Assembly (NCBI GenBank): GCA_965153285.1
Contig: OZ229111.1
Source: Podarcis tiliguerta
Taxonomy: Eukaryota
Reading direction: 5' to 3' (one strand)
Length of the DNA stretch: 64,000 bases
This document shows positions 1 through 9,973 of this stretch, in pieces. Each line of letters begins with the position of its first letter. Positions within the stretch are counted from its first letter, which is position 1. A model generated the notes under the pieces. It was not told the origin of the DNA, searched no databases, and worked only from the letters and a program-made list of their open reading frames with translations. The position numbers and the translations under genes were made by a program.

Positions 1-80
1 TAAAGTTGAACTTTTGTCTTTGTCGTAAGGTTTGGTATGGTAGTCATTGTGCATCCATGCTGTTGACTTACATGACTGTA

Positions 81-232
81 AAGGTAAAGGACCCTTGACA
101 AGTCCAGTCGCGAACGACTCTGGGGTTGCGGCGCTCATCTCGCTTTACTGGCGACGTCCGCAGACAGTTTTTCCGGGTCATGTGGCCAGAATGACTAAGC
201 CGCTTCTGGCGAAACCAGAGCAGCGCATGGAA
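81..232 (-). mobile_element. Sauria SINE, 5'-truncated copy
   Basis: (AAAGGT)n tail on + strand = (ACCTTT)n 3' tail on -; body 'gactctggggttgcggcgctcatctcgctttactgg...ccgggtcatgtggccag' is shared with the other copies. Confidence 0.88.
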
Positions 233-240
233 TACATGAT

Positions 241-599
241 GGTAAAGGTAAAGATAAAGGGACCCCTGACCATTAGGTCTAGTTGCGGACGACTCTGGGG
301 TTGCGGTGCTCACCTCGTTTTACTGGCCAAGGGAGCCGGTGTACAGCTTCCGGGTCATGTGGCTAGCATGACTAAGCTGCTTCTGGTGAACCAGAGCAGC
401 ACACGGAAATGCCGTTTACATTCCCACCGGAGCGGTACCTATTTATCTACTTGCACTTCGTGCTTTTTAACTGCTAGGTTGGCAGAAGCAGGGACCAAGC
501 AACAGGAGCTCACCCCGTTGCAGGGATTTGAACCGCTGGCCTTCTGATCGGCAAGCCGTAGGCTCTGTGGTTTAACCCACAGCGCAACCCGCATCCCTC
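241..599 (-). mobile_element. Sauria SINE, full length
   Basis: tRNA-like head (rc of gggatgcgggttgcgctgtgggttaaaccacagagcc), B-box remnant and ACCTTT tail; outer TSD tacatgactgta at 69-80 and 600-611. Confidence 0.92.
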
Positions 600-954
600 T
601 ACATGACTGTAGTTCATGTATAAAATGCACAGATCGAAAGATGTTAAATTATTTTGGTGTGAATGAACCAAAATATCCTAGTTGGTTTCTAAATAGATTC
701 TTACTTTGCTCATTGTGTTGCCTTTCTTGTGTGTAAGACAGAAACCTTTGTGGACATTTCAATGATTAATAAAAGATTTGAAAGCTAGAGGGGAAAATTT
801 CCTTTTGCTGAATGTAGGTTGGGGAGATACAGTGCAAATGAAATAGAGTACATGGGTTATATTGCCTGGATGAAGCAGCAGGCGTTGGCCTACTCTTGCA
901 ATCCCACATTAAGACTTGCTTGGCCTGCCCATAATTGGTTAAGATTAAGTTTAA

Positions 955-1090
955 TAGAATCATAGAGTTGGAAGGGACCTTGAGGGTCATCTAGTCCAAC
1001 CCTCTGCAATGCAGGTATATTTCCCCCAACGTGGGGCTTAAATCCACAACCCTGAGATTAAGAGTTTTGTGCTCTACCTAATGAGCTATC
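955..1090 (-). mobile_element. tRNA-Lys(CTT)-derived SINE with CR1-type 3' tail
   Basis: 1023-1090 is a degenerate reverse complement of tRNA-Lys-CTT (cccaacgtggggct..accctgagattaagagt..tgctctacc..tgagcta). 955-1015 is a CR1 3' end (tagaatcatagagttggaagggacc..gtcatctagtccaacc). Confidence 0.8.
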
Positions 1091-1177
1091 AGTCGGAGTA
1101 AGTTTGTGTTAAACCAGTTTGTTTACTAAGGAAATTCCTGAAATATGTTATGTGATCTTACATTGAGGCCAATGGTA

Positions 1178-1408
1178 CAGTGGTACCTCGGGTTACAGAT
1201 GCTTCAGGTTACATACGCTTCAGGTTGCAGACTCTGCTAACCCAGAAATAGTACCTCGGGTTAAGAACTTTGCTTCAGGATGGGAACAGAAATCGTGCAG
1301 CGGCAGCAGGAGGCCCCATTAGCTAAAGTGGTACCTCGGGTTAAGAACAGTTTCAGGTTAAGAATGGACCTCTAGAACGAATTAAGTTCTTAACCCGAGG
1401 TACCACTG
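1178..1408. mobile_element. Tc1/mariner-pogo (Tigger-like) MITE, family A
   Basis: TIR cagtggtacctcgggtta...taacccgaggtaccactg, TA TSD both sides; same family at 21772 and 46945. Confidence 0.9.
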
Positions 1409-2581
1409 TATTACATAATTTGAGTGCAGCGTTGAGTCACTGAAAGCAAGCAGGAAAATGGCTCATTTCCCATTGGTGGGCAGCGAGTTGCTTAGTGTGG
1501 AGATCTTCATTTGTTCTAGGAGGCATTCACTCTGAAAAACTGTATTATTACAGGCTTCCTTAAGGGTTGGTGAGAAAGAAAGTACTGAAGGTGTAAAATT
1601 CCACATTTAAATTATTGCAAACATTGCTGTTGACGTTGGCCTGTGTCCGTTTGCTTCTACTGTGTTCTGAGTATTGTACAAATAGTTATCAAACAATGAA
1701 GGGTGGCAGTTTGCCTGTTACATCTGCTTGGATTAGTACTGAATAAATCTGTGAATATACACAGCGGTTTATTGATTTCTCCAAACCTATTTGGAAATTG
1801 TTCCATGCTTGGCTTTGCCTTGTATTCAACCTTTTTTTTTAACATGGTTAGTCTCTAGTATTAATTTCAGAAACCATGTGTGTAGTTTGCCAGCACTGTA
1901 TTTTCTCTCTTTCATTTCATGCCCCTCCCTACCCGTTTGGGCTATTTATATATTTATTATTTCATTATTATTATTATTATTAATAATAATAATAATACTC
2001 CTCCTGCCTCATAACATAAGGCTCTCTGGGCAACTTGCAGTGAATAAGTAAGAAAACAATTTGGATACAGATAATACATAAAACAGTGAATAAGAAGGAC
2101 AACATAAATTCCACCCCCATTAAATCACCAAAGTCAAAGCACAGATTTAAAAACTGTGAGGCCCTGATTTATTTAATGCCAGCATGCATTGTGTGCAGGT
2201 TCATGCCAACATTTCTTTTGGTTAATGACAGAATCTTAATTTGTTAGCTTGCATGTCTACTGCTCTGTTGTGTGTTGTTCCCCATTCCTTTAAAGATGTG
2301 GACATTTCTTAATCCCTCCCAAAAGTGTGTATGTCTTTTTTCCTTTAAAAATAATTAATACTGATCTGGGAATGTTTGGGAAGGGTTTAATGGTGTGTGA
2401 TGCCTCATTTAAATCCCTGCCCAACTTGCTAGGATCTGTCTGATTCCTCATTATATGTGACATTGTGGCTGCAGCCATTTTTCTTCAGGGCAAGAACATA
2501 ACAGTAGAGACCTTAGTGGGGGGGTACATATATTCATACTTTGTACCCCATATGAAACAAATGTAGAATTACTGTGTAAAA

Positions 2582-2717
2582 CAGGCTTCCTCAACCTCGG
2601 CCCTCCAGATGTTTTTGGCCTACAACGCCCATGATCCCTAGCTAGCAGGACCAGTGGTCAGGGATGATGGGAATTGTAGTCTCAGAACATCTGGAGGGCC
2701 GAGGTTGAGGAAGCCTG
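2582..2717. mobile_element. hAT MITE (URR1-like palindromic element)
   Basis: Long TIR caggcttcctcaacctcggccctccagatgtt / aacatctggagggccgaggttgaggaagcctg; 8-bp TSD gtgtaaaa/atgtaaaa. Confidence 0.9.
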
Positions 2718-3959
2718 ATGTAAAAGGAACACCCTCACATCAGGAAAACAGATATTAGTGTATAGAACCAGAACATCTGGCTTGTAGATGCTGAACAATT
2801 ACTGCTGTAGCTTGATGGGAGAAAGCACATAAGCCATCCTAATATAATAACTTCTATTTCCCATGAATTCATATAGATGTATTAAAAGGCAACAATAGTA
2901 TGTTGCTATTGTTAAGATAATAAAGGGAGTCTAGGAGGGAAGGTATGAGCTAATAACAAGAAATCCAGATTGCTGGACTGACTGAAAGTTGAGACCAGTG
3001 GGTTTTGTTTTTTTAAAACCCTTCTTTACAAACTGCAAAAATGCTCATGTGTAGTCTTGTTTTGTGTCCAGTTGTGTATGTTTTATCACAAAACAGTTCA
3101 CAGTTTAGAGTGCAATTGTGCCACATCAAAGCAGATTAATTTCTAGGACTCTTCTTCAAGCTCCAGTTTTACAGCACGGTCCTAAACATATTTGCTCAGA
3201 AATATGTCCTGTTGAATTCAATGGGCTTTACTTCCAGGTAGCGGATACTAGGATTGCCTTGATGAATAGAGTTGAGGTTTGTTATACCCAAATTTGTACA
3301 TGGATTATTATTTATTGTTGCATTTTCACACCAGTAGTAGTACATTGTGTTGTTAACCAGAATTCCAACAGTGTAATGCAAGGAAAAGGAAATAAAGCCA
3401 TTGTTTCCCATGAATTACACTGGAAAAGGTTGCTGAATTTCTTTGGATAGGATATAACATAAGCATTCACTATTTGAAAAGTACAATATCTATAGAATCA
3501 GTTGAACCTTTTACAACTGTATTTCAAAACGAATATGAAAAATATTTAGCCATTTCTCTCCCTTAGTGGGGAATTATACTCTGTGATTATGCTAATGAGC
3601 ACCAAGCTACATTATATGTCTTAAAAAAAAGAAGCGCAAGGCAGCAAAACAGACAATTGCCCCATTTTCCAGTCTATTTAACAACTTGAAAATGTAACTG
3701 TTTCTGTAATGTGTGTCTCAGCCAAATTAAGCCATACTCTCAGCATGCCAACTTCCCTCAGTTTCTGGTAAAAGACTAACAGCTGAATAAGAGTTTAGGT
3801 AACTCACCAAATTTAATGAAACTTCTGGGCAACAGTGTTAATTTCTTGGCTTACTGTTTCTGATGTAAAATAGGATAGTGGAAATAATTCTTTTGTCTAA
3901 TCAACAAAAAATAGTTCTTGGGAGTATGTATATATAAAGAAGTGGTCACAATAATAATA

Positions 3960-4147
3960 CAGCCGTACCTCCGCTTAAGTATCCCTCCGCTTACGTAAAC
4001 TTCGGGATACATAAGCGGCAAACCTGGAAGTATATTTCTGGGTTTCTGCCGCGTGCGCATGCACAGAAGCAGTCCCTCTGGTTGCGGAAACCTCGGGATC
4101 TAATCATTGCCTGGAACAGATCCCATCTGCAACCGGAGGTACCACTA
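3960..4147. mobile_element. Tc1/pogo-type MITE, family B (degenerate)
   Basis: ta-cagccgtacctccg ... cggaggtaccacta-ta; internal gcgcatgc core shared with 45494 and 51006. Confidence 0.75.
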
Positions 4148-4559
4148 TACTAAATACTCGTAAAACCTGCAACAAAATGTTGCAGTAATGAGTGCTCTCT
4201 GAGGATACACGTTCTATTCTTCCTTCCCTAGTTGTTTTCTGTTTTCCTCCCAATAGCCAGTCAGCATTCAGTCTCCGCTGAGCATGCTCAGTCATCATTA
4301 GGCATCTTTTTTGGGGTAGGTGTATGTGGAAGCGTGTTCTTAAATATTTTTTTTGTACTTTTGCAAGTCATTAGGAATCGAAATGTTTCTTGACTATTGA
4401 AAATCTAACCAAAACTATTTATTTTCTTTATGAGTTGAAAGTAGAGTGCTGCAAGGAGTAGCTAGGAATATTGGGTAGATTCTCTTACGGTTGAATTCTC
4501 ATTCCCCCCCGCAACTCTGTTGTTTCTGTTCCAGCTACGGTATTTGCAGTTGCAGTAAA

Positions 4560-4690
4560 CCACAGGAAGGGAGAGGCTTCTTGTGCTCAGATCCTGCTTG
4601 TGAGTTTTCCACAGGCATTTGGTTAACCACTATGAGATCAGGATGCGGGACTAGCTGGACCATTGACCTGGTCCAGTAGGGTTTCCCCCG
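4560..4690 (+). mobile_element. Old LINE/SINE 3'-end fragment (CR1-like tail)
   Basis: 'ggttaaccactatgagatcaggatgcgggactagctggaccattgacctggtccag' is homologous to 17240-17295. Confidence 0.5.
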
Positions 4691-6011
4691 TTCCCTAAAA
4701 TGCTTTTGAGGTATAGCTTTTCACTCCAAACTTCTAGGATATAGTGGACTAAAAATACAAATACTGAACCTCTTCCACATACTGAAATCAAAAACAAAAC
4801 ATGAGTTCTGTTGTAACACTTGATAGTTGCTGAAGTCGCTTCATCTGCATAGCACATAGCAGTTGGCGTTGCATTGCACAAGATGCAAATTGTAAAACCT
4901 GTTATGGTGGAATTACTTAACAAAGCCGTTATATTTGACTTCTAGTAAGTGTTGAATTTGTATGTTGAGCTCCAGTGAGATTTTTTTTTTTTAAAAAAAA
5001 GTTAAACATCTAAAATGTAGTAGAAATGATTTTACTGCAATGTAGTGTTTAAATTCGATCTCTAATTTTGTGTTTCCTATTCCAGTAGCGAAAAATCTGA
5101 AATCTGTGATTGAGAACAAAGGCAATAATACCAGTGCACAATAAAAAACCTTATTAATAGATGAGTGTTGACCCCCTTTCCACATAGTTGCTGCTACATT
5201 TAGAAGAGAGCTCTGCTTAGAATAGAACCGTCATTTGATTTAGCAACCAGTATCTTATTTTATTCCTCAGAAGCAGTATCTATCTTAAAATAGATCCAAA
5301 TTGTTAACACTTGCTTAGCACAGCTTCAGCACGATCAAATGCAGAGGTCCTGTTCAGTTCGTTTTCTTACTTCATTATGGTCTTGACCTGTCTGTTAAGT
5401 AAATTTGCATGGTAGGCTCGTTCGTTTTATTTTTATGCTGCCTTTCCAAAGTTAAAAACTATGCTCAAGGCGGCTTACAAAATCTAAAAAATTATATAAC
5501 CACAAGCATAACAAAAGTAGTCAGAAACAAAATATCAAAAAGCACACAAGCAAATTGAATAATTTTCACATAAATCATAAGATCCAAGAATTTGGTAGAA
5601 AAAATTAACAGCAACAACCCCCCCCCTTAAAAAACACCCCAGCCCAAGATTCATGTAGTGTTTTCCTTATCATAGTTTAAACTAGGAGCTGTTAAACCAA
5701 CTGCCATCATACAGTATCTGATGTAATCATGAAAGGGTGTTCCTTTGTAACAGGAATACAAACAAAGCATAATGCAAACATGTCACTGCAAAGTTCAAGT
5801 TGATTAACAAAGCTTCATCTTAGATGTAGTGTTTGTGCAGGCAAATGGAAAACAACTTTGTTTAGGTAGATGAGGGATTTTAGGTATCTTTGTCCCAAGG
5901 TGCCTAGGACTGTGTGTGTCTGTACCAGCACCTTGGATTTGACCTGGTAGCTGATGGGCAGCCAGATCAGTCCTGTTCCTGACCTGGAAGGTTGAAGGTT
6001 AGCCAGCTATC

Positions 6012-6147
6012 CCCGGTTTCCCAAACTTGGGTCTCTAGCTGTTTTTGGACTACAATTCCTATCATCCCTGACCACTGCTCCTGCTAGCTAGGGATAATGA
6101 GAGTTGTAGTCTAACAGCAGCTGGAGACTCAAGTTTGGGAAACCCTG
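6012..6147. mobile_element. hAT MITE (URR1-like)
   Basis: gtttcccaaacttgggtctctagctg..ggactacaattcc..gagttgtagtc..cagctggagactcaagtttgggaaaccctg. Confidence 0.85.
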
Positions 6148-6190
6148 AAATAGACCTTGGCTTGTAGTCGTGTTTTGCAAGGGTTATATA

Positions 6191-6449
6191 CCGTATTTTT
6201 TGCTCTATAAGACTCACTTTTTCCCTCCTAAAAAGTAAGGGGGAATGTGTGTGCGTCTTATGGAGCGAATGCAGGCTGCACAGCTATCCCAGAAGCCAGA
6301 ACAGCAAGAAGGATTGCTGCTTTCACTGCGCAGCGAACCCTCTTGCTGTTCTGGCTTCTAAGATTTAGAATATTTTTTTGTTTGTTTCCCTCCTCCAAAA
6401 ACTAGGTGTGTCTTGTGGTCTAGTGCGTCCTATAGAGCGAAAAATACGG
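6191..6449. mobile_element. Tc1/pogo (Tigger-like) MITE with CCGTATTT TIRs
   Basis: ta-ccgtattttttgctctataagac ... gtcctatagagcgaaaaatacgg-ta; same family as 52024. Confidence 0.88.
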
Positions 6450-7632
6450 TACATTGCTTGTACCCTAGCCTTAACCTTATTCCCATCTCAAAGAAACTAT
6501 ACCAAATGAATTTGTATAGTCATGAGATAAGTATGCATTAATGAAAAAGGGATTTTAGAAATTGCGAATAGATATTTTTATGTATATTTGGTTTGGGTAT
6601 ATTACTTCTGTGTTCCTCTGTCTAGGAGGAAACTGTGGCCACCAGCAATTGCTAAATTCATTTGAACGTAATTTCAGGATCCCATGACTGCTACATTATT
6701 ACCATCCTCATTAAGAAGCTTCATAAAATAAATTATCTAGGCATTGCACGAAAAAATAATACAATGCTACGATAAAAAATCCACACTAATCTTAAAAATC
6801 CATTCAACATAAAAGCCAAGTACATGGAGCAACACTTAATTTGTCAGCAGCAGGTAGATTCTTAATCAGGTCTCTATAAATGAGAAAGCCACATCCCATT
6901 AAGGAGAATCCATTGTAGGCTGTATAGCCCTCCACTTATATGCTGCATTACATGGAGATATGCTTGTGGCAGTGGTGTCTGCTGTTGTTTTGGTGCTGGA
7001 GCAGTGCTCAGACTCTAGATGCATCACTAGGTAGAAGTGTGAACCTGCTTGCCTTTTCCAAGGCTGTTTTTGAAGTTTTGTGCTCTTGGAATTGTGAGCT
7101 GCCTTGTTCTAGGAAGTAGTACAGTACTATTTTGAGCTTGCATGAGCTGAGTTGTCTGACAGCAACAATGAGATTTTAACATCAGATAAGCCTCCGTAAT
7201 TCCCTTTATTTGTTTGTGCATTAGTCTGCATCCTGCTCAAGTTGCAAGTGGAATGGAATTTCTCTGTACTGTGTTTACCATTTTCCTCCACTAACCCTTC
7301 TCTAGCCCTGCTTCCTCTTGTCAGCTGGAAATGTAGAATCAGGGCAAAAACAAGGAAGGCATGTGACCATAAGAAAAATAAGGTATAGCTGCTGTTGCAC
7401 TTATATGGATGGGATCCGGAAATCTGATACAAGAGTTTTCACATGTGTACAACAACCTTTAAAAAACAACCATCTTCAAGTTGATGTGTGGCAACTGGGA
7501 AATGCCCCCAATATTTCCCAATAGTGTTCATATTCTGACATTAAGCAAACCGTCTTGCAAATTTGAGGCTTGTTCTAGCATGTACCTTCTGGCAACAGAG
7601 CTCGTCATTCACAGAAAGAGAGAGAGAGAGAG

Positions 7633-7863
7633 TTTGGATTTGATATCCCGCTTTATTACTACCCTAAGGAGTCTCAAAGTGGCTAACATTCTCCTTTCCC
7701 GTCCTTCCCCACAACAAACACTCTGTGAGGTGAGTGAGGCCGAGAGACTTCAGAGAAGTGTGACTAGCCCAAGGTCACCCAGCAGCTACATCTGGAGGAG
7801 TGGGGAAGCGAACCCAGTTCACCAGATTACGAGTCCACCGCTCTTAACCACTACACCACACTG
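7633..7863 (-). mobile_element. Squam3-like tRNA-derived SINE
   Basis: rc head cagtgtggtgtagtggttaagagcggtggactcgtaatctggtgaactgggttcg; core tgggtgaccttgggctagtcacac; tail aaagcgggatatcaaatccaa followed by a (ct)n tract. Confidence 0.8.
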
Positions 7864-7912
7864 ACTATGATGGATGGAAGGGTGTGGCAGTGACTTGATT
7901 GTCCCTGGGATG

Positions 7913-8045
7913 CAGGGTTCCCCAGCATGGGTCCTCCAGAGGTTTTGGACAACAACTTCCATCACCTACCGTTGGCTACGTCATCAGCTGGTCTGATGGG
8001 AGTTGTAGTCCAAAACACTTGAAAGACACCAAGTTTGGAAAGTCG
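7913..8045. mobile_element. hAT MITE (URR1-like), degenerate
   Basis: cagggttccccagcatgggtcctccaga..ggacaacaacttcc..gatgggagttgtagtccaaaac. Confidence 0.7.
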
Positions 8046-8371
8046 GAATAACAATTGAGCTTAGACAGTCCATTTTTATTGGCAGATCTTACATATTTTT
8101 TCATTCGGTATGCACATTAGTAACATTTCTGTTCCTAATTTTTTTAACTTGGGTCTTTAAAAAGTTTGAAAGAGTAAAGGCCCCCAATCAGAAATAATGT
8201 CATGGTTACTGCCTACTTGGAGAGGGGGCACAATTAAGCTGTTTGCTTGTGTAAATGACTTCTGTGCCACTTTAGGACCATAAATCTTCCCAAAGTGACT
8301 TGCGGTACACCCCCCCCCCCCGCCCCAACAAAATAGAAACATTGGAAATAGTCCTTTCTTATGTGCCCGAG

Positions 8372-8667
8372 GGTCCAGCTCCGAGGGCCATCTGGTGGTT
8401 CCTTCACTGCGAGAAGTAAGGTTATGGGGAACCAGGCAGAGGGCCTTCTCGGTAGTGGCGCCCGCCCTGTGGAACACCCTCCCAGCAGATGTCAAGGAAA
8501 TAAACAACTATCTTACAACAGAAGACATCTGAAGGCAGCCCTGTTTAAGGAAGTTTTTAATGTCTGATGCTGTATTGTTTTTATTATTTGGTGGAAGCCG
8601 CACAGAGTTGCTGGGGAAACCCAGCCAGGGTATAAATAATAAATAATATTAATTATTATTATTATTA
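8372..8667 (+). mobile_element. L2 LINE 3' end with (tta)n tail
   Basis: Encodes 'QRAFSVVAPALWNTLP', the L2 ORF2 C-terminal motif also seen at 54197; ends in ataaataataaataatattaattattatt. Confidence 0.85.
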
Positions 8668-8677
8668 GGGTGAAGGC

Positions 8678-8815
8678 CAGTGCTTTCCCCCCTAGAAAAA
8701 TAGGTGCTGGCACTGCATACCCATGAAGTTGTTACAGTAAGTGCCACACTTTTTAACAACAACAAAAAGAGGTGCTGGTACTACGCACCCTTGAGTACCT
8801 CTGAAAAAAGCACTG
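8678..8815. mobile_element. hAT MITE with CAGTGCTTT TIRs
   Basis: cagtgcttt...aaagcactg; 8-bp TSD gtgaaggc/gggaaggc. Confidence 0.75.
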
Positions 8816-9493
8816 GGGAAGGCAGTCTTTCAAACAAGTCACCCCCAAACTGCTTTAAGAATATCACTCAGTAAGTCTGTGTTCTGATTTTTTAAAAAAA
8901 TATATATACTTTGTTAGTAAATTGTGGGTTATATTCAGTACTCAAAGTACTGAATGAAAGAAATGAAAGAATTTTAGTTATTCCTGTTCTTCAGCTTCAT
9001 TGGGTCAATTCTTGAGTAGGACTAGGATTGGATGCAGCCCAGATTCGTACTGTTTATGAGTAAATAAACACTGCCGAAGCTATGGTTTTGTAGAATAATA
9101 CTGATCAAGTGATATTTACACACATACAGAAGATCAGACTAAAATATGTTAATCTGGTAGGATTACTTGACAACAGACTCCCCCCCCCCCCAACCAACAT
9201 ATTATCATGAGCTGCTCTACTGACCTAAATGCAAACAGGTTGACATTTGATCACATCTGTTGCTTTCTCACAGGCCAGATTTTAGCCTTTGTGGTCCACT
9301 TCTCTATTTGATTTGGTTGTTGTTGTTGAGCTGGGCAACTACCATGTTCCATAGGCAACATTTTTGGTCTTGTGACCACTTTTAAAGATATGGCACCTCC
9401 CACTTTTTGAACTATATTAGAATGTTTCTTTCAGCCTAATCCCAGCAGCCTGGGACAATATTGTGTACCCTCCTGGAGATCCCTGTTCTATAG

Positions 9494-9973
9494 TGTCAGG
9501 TGCTGGTGGTGGTTGCTCGTGAGTAACCACCTGACCTGTCTTTTACAGGACTCTGACCTGTCTTTTACAGGTTTAATTGTGCAAACTATTTACAGTACAG
9601 ATCTACCAAGTTCATGTCCGTCTCAGTCACTTGCAGAATCCGGGAGTGGTCCCTTTCAGCTTCTCCCCCAACATAAGAACTTCGGCACCCCAAGTCTCCT
9701 CCACCCCCCTTGTGTTTCACTCCTCTGCGCAAGCTGGGTGATGAAAGGGCTGTGCGTTCCTCCTGGCCAGCCTGGTGAGGTGAAGTGCTGGGGCTCTTAG
9801 CAGCATCCTCAAGCCCTCTCTCCGCTTGGCTGGCCCCTTCCCTGTCTTCCCCACTGGAGGTGTGGCTTTTCTCACCGCTGGAAGAGGAACTGCTCCTCAG
9901 GAGTTTCGGAGGCTCTCTGTATCCCAACGGCCCCCCTGCCTCCCTCCCTGGTTCTGATGGCAGTCCTCTGACA
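9494..9973 (-). mobile_element. Solo-LTR-like element (TGTCA...TGACA)
   Basis: Termini tgtcag/ctgaca; abrupt GC-rich, strand-skewed block with architecture resembling 42116-42641 in the opposite orientation; TSD unclear. Confidence 0.55.

Noticed and set aside
47-547. 166-aa ORF
   Set aside because: Antisense read-through of two Sauria SINEs; not a gene.
1023-1090. Functional tRNA-Lys gene
   Set aside because: Multiple substitutions including the T-loop/B box, a truncated acceptor stem, and fusion to a CR1 tail; it is a SINE head.
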